DNA of 64,000 nucleotides. Origin: a virus. This document shows, one piece after another, positions 9,027 through 17,342 of the stretch. The notes beneath the pieces are model-generated. The model was given only the letters and a program-made list of their open reading frames with translations, did no database searches and was not told the origin of the DNA. The position numbers and the translations under genes were made by a program. The stretch lies in IMG/VR virus record IMGVR_UViG_3300025151_000020, positions 1 to 64,000 of that record. The stretch is one strand, 5' to 3'. Numbering within the stretch: position 1 is the first letter of the stretch; every line of letters begins with the position of its first letter.

Positions 9027-9115
9027 GTGATCGCTTTATCCCATACTGTCAGGGTTGTGGCTATCTTCTATGGCCTGGAGAGAATGATTGCACCTGTGAT
9101 GACGAGGTGGCTTAA
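9023..9115 (+). CDS. Zinc-finger microprotein (30 aa; CQGC...CTC)
   Basis: Read manually; TTG start overlapping the upstream stop; GGAGTGA SD; ends directly before the next ORF. Confidence 0.45.
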   Translation: MSDRFIPYCQGCGYLLWPGENDCTCDDEVA

Positions 9116-9367
9116 TTGCCTGGCCCAATCACTACTACATTCACACGCAGACCAAAGACAAAGAGGGCTAAGTTGGTATGGGCAGGAGCTCAACACGCCA
9201 TAGGAAAGCCCCCACATTCAATCAAGATGATTCCTAACAAGAGATTCGGTGGTGTTAGAACCACTCGTTGGATCATAAGCAGGTACGAGCAAGACCTCAA
9301 TCCGATAGTGGTTGATGCACCTGCAAAGAAGGCGTATGATTTATTGCTCGATATGGTGGTCGCCTGA
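9116..9367 (+). CDS. Basic hypothetical protein
   Basis: 83-aa ORF with GAGGTG SD. Confidence 0.65.
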   Translation: MPGPITTTFTRRPKTKRAKLVWAGAQHAIGKPPHSIKMIPNKRFGGVRTTRWIISRYEQDLNPIVVDAPAKKAYDLLLDMVVA

Positions 9368-9369
9368 TC

Positions 9370-9681
9370 ATGAAGGAGATAGACGATACCAAGTGGTTGA
9401 TTCGTATCCTGCTTCCAGGAGGACAGGCTACTAACCTAACTACTGACTTGTTCTTAGTTGAGCGAAGATCCAATTATGTATTCCCTATGTCATTTGAAGT
9501 GGATAGAGGCACTACATTTAGGAGATGGCACATCAATGAGGATGACATACCTTTGAAGTATGTCAAGACCCCGTATGAGGAATCTTTGGAACAATGGTGC
9601 GAGGATGTGATACCAGATGGATTATCCTGGTCATGTCATGCGGGCAATACTTGGAGAAAACCCGAAATAGACTTCTTTTGA
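9370..9681 (+). CDS. Hypothetical protein
   Basis: 103-aa ORF in operon. Confidence 0.7.
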   Translation: MKEIDDTKWLIRILLPGGQATNLTTDLFLVERRSNYVFPMSFEVDRGTTFRRWHINEDDIPLKYVKTPYEESLEQWCEDVIPDGLSWSCHAGNTWRKPEIDFF

Positions 9682-9682
9682 G

Positions 9683-9696
9683 TAATGTGTTCATAA
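9683..9696 (+). promoter_or_regulatory. Early promoter motif TAATGTGTTCATAA
   Basis: Intergenic; 27 nt before ATG 9723. Confidence 0.6.
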
Positions 9697-9722
9697 TCTA
9701 AACCGCAATCGGATAGAGCAGT

Positions 9723-10040
9723 ATGACTGACTACAAGCAGAAAGCATATGCTCGTGAGAGGGCATTTAGATTACTCTCACATCCCTGGTTTGAGATGATT
9801 GCTGAGATCAGGGCAGAAAGAAGTGCTTTGCTCAATGCACCGGAATATCAAGAGATGGCGGGCGTTGAGAAAGCAGAGAGATTGAACATCATGGATTCCA
9901 GGCTAAAGATAGCCCAGGATTGGGTGCATCACTACGAGGCTGAAAGGATCGCTACCGCAGGTATCCGTATGAGGAAATGGCTAAGAGAAGCCATGACATT
10001 ATCAGATGCAGAGCTAGGTCTAACAGGAGAGGGAATGTGA
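9723..10040 (+). CDS. Helical hypothetical protein
   Basis: 105-aa ORF, probably leaderless. Confidence 0.7.
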   Translation: MTDYKQKAYARERAFRLLSHPWFEMIAEIRAERSALLNAPEYQEMAGVEKAERLNIMDSRLKIAQDWVHHYEAERIATAGIRMRKWLREAMTLSDAELGLTGEGM

Positions 10041-10564
10041 TGATTAACGAAGAAGAAGTTGAATGGGCTTTACGCCTTTGGAACAGTTTAGTTGTGGGAG
10101 ATGAGAAAGACCCAATAAAATCTGGAGGAACATGGCAGTTAGAAGGTGTGGGCAAATATGTTAGAACCGCATTAAAGGAATTGACTTTGATTGAGATTCA
10201 CCTGGATCGGCATACTCCGAGTGAGGAATCGAGGAGTTTGTTTGACGAGCATGACTACATCGCAACTCTTGGTAGAGAGATAGGATGGAGTGTCAAGACT
10301 CAAGTTAGCAAGGCATACAATTACGAGGGAGAGTTCAGCATACCAGAAGATCGAATAGGTGATGTCATGGCTTGTCAATCAAGATGTGGTGCTATTGCTA
10401 GAGTTGAGCCTTTGGATCATGGAGTTGTCTATTACAAGTTAGAAGACGGACAATGCCCTGTTTGTGGAGAGCCTGGTTTTGTTGATGATGATTGGTTGGG
10501 GCTTCATGTTGTTATTGACGATAGAGGTGCGACTCTGAAAAGACTTAGACAGGAGGAGGAGTGA
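10037..10564 (+). CDS. Hypothetical protein with Zn-binding motif (CQSRC...CPVC)
   Basis: ORF 9977-10564; probable start GTG 10037 or ATG 10040, coupled to the upstream stop. Confidence 0.7.
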   Translation: MMINEEEVEWALRLWNSLVVGDEKDPIKSGGTWQLEGVGKYVRTALKELTLIEIHLDRHTPSEESRSLFDEHDYIATLGREIGWSVKTQVSKAYNYEGEFSIPEDRIGDVMACQSRCGAIARVEPLDHGVVYYKLEDGQCPVCGEPGFVDDDWLGLHVVIDDRGATLKRLRQEEE

Positions 10565-10566
10565 TC

Positions 10567-10716
10567 ATGAAGAAAGGAGAAAGAGCAAGGTATCGTATGA
10601 AGTACAAAGCAAGAGCAAGAGCATTGCCTCCGCATGAAATGAGAGCCAAAGCACTAGCAGAGAATAAAGCTGCAAAGGCGTTGGCAGAGGCATTGGCCAG
10701 GCAAGAAGAGGAGTGA
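10567..10716 (+). CDS. Small basic Ala-rich protein (49 aa)
   Basis: Read manually; GGAGGAGGTGA SD. Confidence 0.6.
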   Translation: MKKGERARYRMKYKARARALPPHEMRAKALAENKAAKALAEALARQEEE

Positions 10717-10723
10717 ATCGATA

Positions 10724-11020
10724 GTGCCACGCACACATGACTACAACAACAAAGTGCATGATGAAATAGAAACATCATGTCATCTTGGTGAATGCCTTCA
10801 TGTAGTCACTTCAAATGCTTTTGATAGCAGAGTCTTGAATCTGAGAATGTTTCGTGTTCAGCCGTCTAAGACGGGTCATACAGGATATACTAAGATTGGA
10901 TTCTTTCTTTCCAGGGATGAAGCACGACAACTCAGAGATTCATTGTCAGAAGTTGTTGAGGATGAGAATGCCTGGGATACAGACATTAGAGATACACTCA
11001 TTGACATGGAGGATGTTTGA
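10724..11020 (+). CDS. PC4/YdbC-like ssDNA-binding protein
   Basis: VLNLRMF...GYTKIGFFLSRDEARQLRDSL resembles the PC4 pattern (+DIR.F....PT+KGI.L). Confidence 0.6.
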   Translation: MPRTHDYNNKVHDEIETSCHLGECLHVVTSNAFDSRVLNLRMFRVQPSKTGHTGYTKIGFFLSRDEARQLRDSLSEVVEDENAWDTDIRDTLIDMEDV

Positions 11021-11580
11021 TGCCAAGATGGGAAACTTATGATGACTTCATGTACGAATACATGACTTTGGCACACGATATCTGTAAGAGATGTATCATT
11101 ACCGATCCAATAGCAATTGGCAATTTTGCTTTTGATTTGTGGAATCATGCAAAGGAGTTTGCATCTCGATCTCACACTACTCTCTTGTTTGATTGCGTTT
11201 ATATCGTTGGAAATGCCACAGGAAATAAGGTTTCGATTCCTTTACTCCAAAGCATTTCTTCGGATTTACTAGACGGAAGGAGAATCAAGGCAATGGCATC
11301 TTACGAGAAAACCGATAAGTGGTTTCTCACACCAAAAGGAAAGCAAGCAATCATGGAAATCTTATCAGGAGATGAGGATTTGTTCAATGATGTTGCGAGT
11401 GCATGGATTGATGGCAAGACTGTAAATATGTCTGGAGAACAAAGCGATTATTGGTGTGAGCCATGTGGTGTTAGAAGCATAAGTGGGCAAGAGCGTTTAG
11501 ACCTCATCAATGAAACGACTAAACCCATACTGATGTGTCCAGGTTGTAAGAAATGGGAATGGGATGAACGGAGTGTTTGA
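11017..11580 (+). CDS. TFB/TFIIB cyclin-repeat-like protein with C-terminal Zn ribbon
   Basis: IC....A..LW..A....RS...L..DCVYIVG...G..VSI..L resembles one TFIIB repeat; CEPC...CPGC at the C-terminus. Confidence 0.5.
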   Translation: MMPRWETYDDFMYEYMTLAHDICKRCIITDPIAIGNFAFDLWNHAKEFASRSHTTLLFDCVYIVGNATGNKVSIPLLQSISSDLLDGRRIKAMASYEKTDKWFLTPKGKQAIMEILSGDEDLFNDVASAWIDGKTVNMSGEQSDYWCEPCGVRSISGQERLDLINETTKPILMCPGCKKWEWDERSV

Positions 11581-13025
11581 CTTTGCTATCATACCGATCA
11601 CTTGCAGAATCTTGGCGAGTCATGGCCACATACAAGTTAAGGAATCGTGGCGAGATAGTTGCTAACAATCTTAGAGCTGCACCAGGAGATGCTTGGTCTG
11701 TAATATCATTCTTCTACCCTATGAGTTATCACAATGACAGGTTGAGCGATGAAGACTTGAGGGAGATTTACTTCTTGCTTACAGGTGCATTTCCAGAGGA
11801 GATAGAAAAGAATGCAGATCCCATTCAACAACTCACTATGCTTTCTGAAACACCGAGCACAACAGGGTCTGCAAAGAGCGTATCTGATCGCATATCAAAG
11901 ATATTAGAGGCAGATGATAATGAAGTGAGGTCTTGGTTGATTAGACCCTTGTTTGAAAGAATTAACAGTCGTGATCTTCATCCTTTCTTCATGAGGCTAA
12001 GTGTCCGTTCAGCTCCTGTTAGAAGGAGAGATGTCATTTCGGCATTGGCTTTGGCTTACGAGCAACCCTATCATCATGTTAGGACATCTGTGAATCTATT
12101 AGGTTTGAGAAACACATTGAATGATTTATCTCTTCATTCCTTTGATTACACGAAGGTTAGACCTATTCTTGGTGAATCAATGGTCATACCCACACCAACC
12201 CTGGTTGAGTCCTCTAATGTTGTTGCATTTACCAAGTGCCTTCTTGAAACAGTTGAAGGTGCGTGGGTGACTATTCATCGTATGCAGAACAAGACAATTG
12301 GATTCACCGCTTCTGGTAATGAATTGCCCGATGATGATGATTGGATACATAATTGGGCTAACATAATCAATCTCCAGGAAGGAATATATCTCTGTGATTA
12401 TGCAGAGATGCGAGATAACCCTTTGTTGTTGGTAGATTGGCTAAACCCAGATGATCCGAAAATGACTCTTGCAAAACGCAGAGATAGATTCAATGGCATA
12501 TCTGAATGGGCAATCAAACCCATGATTGCTTTAGACAGACCATATGATAGTGAGAAATACCAAGATACAGGGTTGCCTTTCTTGATCAGGAATGCTAGAG
12601 GCATATTGACATATCAGAACACCGTTGAAGAAGTGGTCCTGTTGAATCCTGTGTCTAAGCATAGGATACTTCGAGTATTGTCTGGGCGTGTTCATCAGAA
12701 TCTAAGTCAGAGCGATACATTGTTTGTACTTTGGAAGTTGGGTGTTCGTGATGGATATGATTACTTCCCAATAGTTGAGATGCCTTCTGGTGAATTAGAA
12801 GATATTGATTTCAAACAATACTGTTCGCCCTGGAAATGGTTGCCAGGAGAAGCAATAAAAATAGAGAATCCTTTGTTCGTAAAGGTGGATATCATGACTT
12901 CTGGTTGGGGGGAAGTTGGAGCATATGTCAATGGCAGAATTGTGGGCATAGATGGTAGTGCGGGGATCGCAGACACAATGGGTGTGGAGGAGATAGGCTA
13001 TGTCGGGGATTCTCAATCAGGATGA
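11577..13025 (+). CDS. ATP-dependent DNA ligase homolog, apparently catalytically inactive
   Basis: DBD, NTase and OB segments are colinear with archaeal ligases; motif I reads ETVEGAWVTIH instead of xKxDGxRxQxH. Confidence 0.65.
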   Translation: MTLLSYRSLAESWRVMATYKLRNRGEIVANNLRAAPGDAWSVISFFYPMSYHNDRLSDEDLREIYFLLTGAFPEEIEKNADPIQQLTMLSETPSTTGSAKSVSDRISKILEADDNEVRSWLIRPLFERINSRDLHPFFMRLSVRSAPVRRRDVISALALAYEQPYHHVRTSVNLLGLRNTLNDLSLHSFDYTKVRPILGESMVIPTPTLVESSNVVAFTKCLLETVEGAWVTIHRMQNKTIGFTASGNELPDDDDWIHNWANIINLQEGIYLCDYAEMRDNPLLLVDWLNPDDPKMTLAKRRDRFNGISEWAIKPMIALDRPYDSEKYQDTGLPFLIRNARGILTYQNTVEEVVLLNPVSKHRILRVLSGRVHQNLSQSDTLFVLWKLGVRDGYDYFPIVEMPSGELEDIDFKQYCSPWKWLPGEAIKIENPLFVKVDIMTSGWGEVGAYVNGRIVGIDGSAGIADTMGVEEIGYVGDSQSG

Positions 13026-13419
13026 TAGAGATATCATAATCTTAGCCTCATTGATTAGGGGCAAGATTCGTTGTGAGAGAACACGGGAAAGAAAATGTGG
13101 TTATCTCATTAGGGCGGAGTTGGGAATACCAACTATGAAGGATGGAGCTAGTCGTGCATTGGAAAGTCATGGATTACCTGTTAGGCTAACATACACGGAC
13201 ACCATTGAGATCACAAAAATACTGAACATGATAAATGGCCTGGAAGACCTATCAAAAACTACTGATGATTTGTTTCTAGTCAAAAAACTCAATGGAGTGT
13301 TGAAACAACCACGAACTCACAAAGAGGTTCTATCTGCCCTTGAGTTGATTCAAGAGTATGAGAGTGTTCATAACCCAAACCACACTCCCACAAAGCCCAA
13401 AAGAATGGAGAGTGAATGA
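13000..13419 (+). CDS. Degenerate LAGLIDADG-fold-like protein
   Basis: ILASLIRG..C.R....KCGYLIRAELGI resembles the LAGLIDADG helix plus GY.+R strand but lacks the acidic catalytic residue. Confidence 0.35.
   Translation: MSGILNQDDRDIIILASLIRGKIRCERTRERKCGYLIRAELGIPTMKDGASRALESHGLPVRLTYTDTIEITKILNMINGLEDLSKTTDDLFLVKKLNGVLKQPRTHKEVLSALELIQEYESVHNPNHTPTKPKRMESE
13360..13373 (+). promoter_or_regulatory. Early promoter motif GAGAGTGTTCATAA
   Basis: Exact copy of 1056-1069, inside the 3' end of the upstream gene, 50 nt before ATG 13423, which has an SD. Confidence 0.6.
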
Positions 13420-13422
13420 AAT

Positions 13423-14754
13423 ATGGCAGATGCATTGAAGAGATTGGAAGATGAAATGGGGTGGACACCTCAAGAAACGGTAGAGAAACTACATGAGTGG
13501 TGGAAGGAGGTGAATCCAGAAGAGTTCGCCCGCTATGATGGTGACTTCTCAAAGATAGAAGATGAGAGCGAAACAGAATGGATACTTTCAGGCTTTGAAT
13601 CCACATGGAGGAGAAGAGGCACGGCAAGCGGACCAGGTGACAGATATGTTGGATTCGTTATCGGATACAACGGGCAACAGGATCTAATGGGAAGGCAGAG
13701 AGAGAAGGCAATTGAAGCAATTCAATTTCATGGCATTGATTCAGTATTGAAGAATGGAATACAACCATACCAGGATGATCGAGTAGTGAGAATTGGCCGT
13801 GCAGGATATGTAGAAGGTGCATGGAGAGTCTTTGACGCAACTGATCGTGAGATATACACAGATGAGGGTGATGAGTCTGAATTACCAAAGTGGGCTATTG
13901 CAGTACCTGGTCAGAAATACTTCCTTGCAATCATGGGAGGGGCTAAAGGACCAAAGACGGCATACTCTTACAAGAAGAATTGGCTAGTCGTGGCTAACAA
14001 AGAATCTGATTTCTTTAGCAAAGGTCCATCAGCACCTATGACTCTTGAATGCTCATGGGATGCGGCAGACCTTGACCTAAGAATGAATGAGCCAATTTCT
14101 TTTACGGCAGAAGAAGGTACTGCATTCTATGATGAGTCAGTAAAGATTCTGAAAGCGGGTGGTGGTCTTAATCCAACATATGGTTTAGAGCAATTCTCTG
14201 ATGAGCAGAAGCCTCTGTTTGAGCAACTAACAATTGATCAAGTATTGGCACAGTTTGCAAACTTCCAACCTGATCTATCATTGATTCAAGAATACCATGA
14301 AGACAACAAGACCACACTTGCAAGTGGCCGTGATGTCGGACCGATATTCGCCATGAGAGGTGTAGTGGATTACATGGATTATGATGGAAAGGACAACATC
14401 AAGTTCGGCTTATCCGCAGAAGGAGGAGCTCAGCACAAGTTGGCAATATACAGTCAAAGTCTTAGAAATGAGAATCCAGATGCATCGGTGTGGATATCCG
14501 TATCAAGGACACTCATTGAGAAGCACCATGCCTTCCAGGTAAAGAAGAATGGAGAGTGGTATGATTTCGTAAAGCCAACTCAAGTATTCATTGTAGTAAG
14601 GTCAAGGACATGGCAGAACAACGATGGCGATACTAACTATGACTACGATGCATTGAATGTAGTCGCACCATACCCCAACAGATCATCAATAGCACAAACA
14701 ACAACAGAAGATGCAAACGATATGGGGAGTCTAGGCAATTTCAGAGGTGATTAG
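13423..14754 (+). CDS. Putative OB-fold ssDNA-binding (RPA-like) protein
   Basis: 443 aa, acidic and aromatic-rich; C-terminal OB-like strand pattern (AMRGVVDY...VWISV...QVFIVVRSR...YDALNV); adjacent to a Sak4-like ATPase. Confidence 0.45.
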   Translation: MADALKRLEDEMGWTPQETVEKLHEWWKEVNPEEFARYDGDFSKIEDESETEWILSGFESTWRRRGTASGPGDRYVGFVIGYNGQQDLMGRQREKAIEAIQFHGIDSVLKNGIQPYQDDRVVRIGRAGYVEGAWRVFDATDREIYTDEGDESELPKWAIAVPGQKYFLAIMGGAKGPKTAYSYKKNWLVVANKESDFFSKGPSAPMTLECSWDAADLDLRMNEPISFTAEEGTAFYDESVKILKAGGGLNPTYGLEQFSDEQKPLFEQLTIDQVLAQFANFQPDLSLIQEYHEDNKTTLASGRDVGPIFAMRGVVDYMDYDGKDNIKFGLSAEGGAQHKLAIYSQSLRNENPDASVWISVSRTLIEKHHAFQVKKNGEWYDFVKPTQVFIVVRSRTWQNNDGDTNYDYDALNVVAPYPNRSSIAQTTTEDANDMGSLGNFRGD

Positions 14755-14756
14755 GG

Positions 14757-14966
14757 TTGGATGAGGTAGTTATAGGCACATTCCTTGACTACGTTGCCTG
14801 GCTCAGACGAGATGGATCTGTTGAGCAATTACAAGTACCTCAACAAATAGCAATGTTTGGACACTTGCAGGTGGATTATTCCAATCTTCATGTAGTAGCT
14901 GCATTATTGACTCAATGCGAATTGAATCGAGCAGAGCAGACTCCTTTGATACAGGTGGTGGAGTGA
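14757..14966 (+). CDS. Small hypothetical protein
   Basis: 69 aa, TTG start with GAGGTGA SD; TGATG-coupled to the next gene. Confidence 0.6.
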   Translation: MDEVVIGTFLDYVAWLRRDGSVEQLQVPQQIAMFGHLQVDYSNLHVVAALLTQCELNRAEQTPLIQVVE

Positions 14967-16345
14967 TGTCGGATGGATCAGGATTTGAGTGGTTCAAGAA
15001 GGTGGATACCAACACAGGACTAGCGGATGGACAAGCACCTCCTCCAAAGAAGGAGAAGCCACCTCCCAAGAAGAAGAACATCTGGGGAGAGGAAGTGGAT
15101 GAACCCGATTTTGATACCACAGGTATGTCTGCTCAAGAGATTGAAGAAAGGATGTATCCAGAGATCGTGGAGGATAGGAATCCTCCACCCCCATTGGACA
15201 AGGGGGCATCATTACCCTGGCAAACTAAAGATGAGCCAAAGGAAGAACCCATAGTGACTGACAATTGGCCTCAGAATGACCCTAGTGAAGAACCGCTACC
15301 AATAATGAAGCAAGCACCTCAAGCACCCCCTCAACCTTCTGCCGTTCCTAATAAGAAGGTGGCAGAGCCTGTTGCTCGTAGCAACAATCCCTATTGGGAG
15401 TTGGTTGATCATGAAAGAGCAGGTGGTGATGCATTCCTATCTGGTTTGGATAATTTCGTACTCTGTGGTATAGCAGGTCCTCCTGGATGCGGTAAGACAG
15501 GCATGGTTCTTGATTCGCTTACGGATGAGGAAATAGCCAATGGTGCAGAGATATGGCACATTGACTTTGACAGAGGTGGCAAGACCTCCAAACACGCTCA
15601 TCACAGAGGAAAGACCAATATTTTGACATTCGATCCCTGGGTTTTCAAGAGAGAATCAGGCAATAGAGTGCCAACAGATTACGAAGCGTCTTATCTCAAG
15701 ACGATGGATCTATTGAGCCTAGCCATAGAGCAGATGCACAGTCAGACTGAGTATTACAGGCAACATGGAAAGATGCCCGAAAGATATCTCAAGACATTGT
15801 TGTTTGATGGTTCTGATAAGTGGGAAAGCATTTGCAGGACACTCATGAAGGTACAAGACCTCGGTTTAGGTGCTGATGGCATAGGAGCTGCAAAGAAGCG
15901 TGTGACGCATTTTAGTTGGCACGTTAGAAAGACTCGCTACACCTCTGCATCAGAGTGTTGGCAGGGTTTGATGACAGGCGGAGTTCATGTCTATACTATT
16001 GCACACATGAAATCCACATATGATGGTGAAGGCAACATCGTTGAGGGTCAGGAGATACCAGGATGGCTCAAGGATAGCGATGGCGATCTTCAACAAGTCG
16101 TACTCATGGAATTGATTGAGGAGAGAGATGAGTTGGGCAGAAGGACAGGAGTCATAGATTCATATGCAGTTCTAACAAAGAACAGAACATCACTTGACCT
16201 TCCAGGCAGACACCAAGTCTTTCACAGAGCACCACCAGAATTAGGTGGTTCAACATGGTATGGTTGGCCTAGCCTCAAGTATGGAAAGTTTGAAACAGAT
16301 CAGGGGCAGGGTTTGAATGGTACTCAAACTGAGATTTCCTCGTAA
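14966..16345 (+). CDS. RecA-fold ATPase, Sak4/AAA_24-like recombinase, with Pro-rich N-terminal extension
   Basis: GPPGCGKT Walker A, IDFDRG, LLFDG Walker B, IAH.K; start ATG 14966 after a GGTGGTGGAG SD. Confidence 0.75.
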   Translation: MSDGSGFEWFKKVDTNTGLADGQAPPPKKEKPPPKKKNIWGEEVDEPDFDTTGMSAQEIEERMYPEIVEDRNPPPPLDKGASLPWQTKDEPKEEPIVTDNWPQNDPSEEPLPIMKQAPQAPPQPSAVPNKKVAEPVARSNNPYWELVDHERAGGDAFLSGLDNFVLCGIAGPPGCGKTGMVLDSLTDEEIANGAEIWHIDFDRGGKTSKHAHHRGKTNILTFDPWVFKRESGNRVPTDYEASYLKTMDLLSLAIEQMHSQTEYYRQHGKMPERYLKTLLFDGSDKWESICRTLMKVQDLGLGADGIGAAKKRVTHFSWHVRKTRYTSASECWQGLMTGGVHVYTIAHMKSTYDGEGNIVEGQEIPGWLKDSDGDLQQVVLMELIEERDELGRRTGVIDSYAVLTKNRTSLDLPGRHQVFHRAPPELGGSTWYGWPSLKYGKFETDQGQGLNGTQTEISS

Positions 16346-17342
16346 TTCTTATCCTATTCCAATTGAGGAGTACAAAGGATATCAGTCATCATACGGATGG
16401 TGGCCAGGCTCGCCCACGAACATTTTGCCAAGATTCACTAAATCATCGGTTGGAGCTTCCAACTTCTGCCCTCAACAGTATTTCATCAAATACCCGCTAG
16501 GAGTAAAGGAACCAGAAAATGACAACATGATTAGAGGAACTAATGTCCATGATGCAGTAGAGCAATTCTATCATGATGTTGATTTGGATGTCATTGATGA
16601 ATTGAATGGTGTTGGAAATGATTTGCATGAAATGCATAATTATTTCATGAGCATAATACCCAACATGGATCGTTATGAGTTAGGAGAAGAAGAACACATT
16701 CGAAAGTACCTCTTGGCAGAGGCTATGAGGGCGATGGATTGTGATCTTGATTTGTTTCTTCCTGTTGGTAATGAGATTACATTACACGGAGTAGTTGAGA
16801 TTCAAGATCAAAAAATACACATTACAGGCATGATTGATAGGCTCTTTGTTGATAACGAAGGCAGATATCATGTTCATGAGTTGAAGACGGGTGTGTTCAA
16901 TCCTAAGAAGGACAGAAAGTGGGAGCATATGCGTCAAGAGTTGGCTTACTATGTATTTCTGATGAAGCATTGTGATAACAAGTTGTATGACCGAGATAAC
17001 AATGTAATTGGGGAATTGCCACTATCAGATGCCAATGTCGCTTGGTGGGGATGGGATCACACAGGAGGCGAGGGAATATACAGAGGCAAGGAATCTGTTC
17101 GGACCAGGGAGATGGCACTTATGCTTAGGAGTTTAGAAGACCTTCTAAGATATCATAGGAATTACAATGGAGATACAGACGGCATTCAATTCCCATTGTT
17201 GCATCCAAACAAAACTAACTTTCTCTGCGAACCCTGGTGTGCCTTGAAGGGATTCTGCCCCCGTTATGATAAGCCACTCATGCCTTACAACGCCAGAGTG
17301 TTCAAAAGCGAAAGCCTGTCTGAGGGAGGTGAGAGTGGATGA
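16317..17342 (+). CDS. Cas4/RecB-family PD-(D/E)xK exonuclease
   Basis: CPQQY, GTNVH, GMIDRL, ELKTG, QELAYY, C..WC....FCP (four Fe-S cysteines). Confidence 0.88.
   Translation: MVLKLRFPRNSYPIPIEEYKGYQSSYGWWPGSPTNILPRFTKSSVGASNFCPQQYFIKYPLGVKEPENDNMIRGTNVHDAVEQFYHDVDLDVIDELNGVGNDLHEMHNYFMSIIPNMDRYELGEEEHIRKYLLAEAMRAMDCDLDLFLPVGNEITLHGVVEIQDQKIHITGMIDRLFVDNEGRYHVHELKTGVFNPKKDRKWEHMRQELAYYVFLMKHCDNKLYDRDNNVIGELPLSDANVAWWGWDHTGGEGIYRGKESVRTREMALMLRSLEDLLRYHRNYNGDTDGIQFPLLHPNKTNFLCEPWCALKGFCPRYDKPLMPYNARVFKSESLSEGGESG

Noticed and set aside
12249-12251. Sequencing error (AAA read as ACA) explaining the missing ligase lysine
   Set aside because: The motif I Arg and motifs III, IV, V and VI are also degenerate, so one base cannot explain the loss.
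16317-17342. CRISPR-Cas system
   Set aside because: Solo Cas4-like nuclease; no cas1/cas2 and no repeat-spacer array seen in the window.
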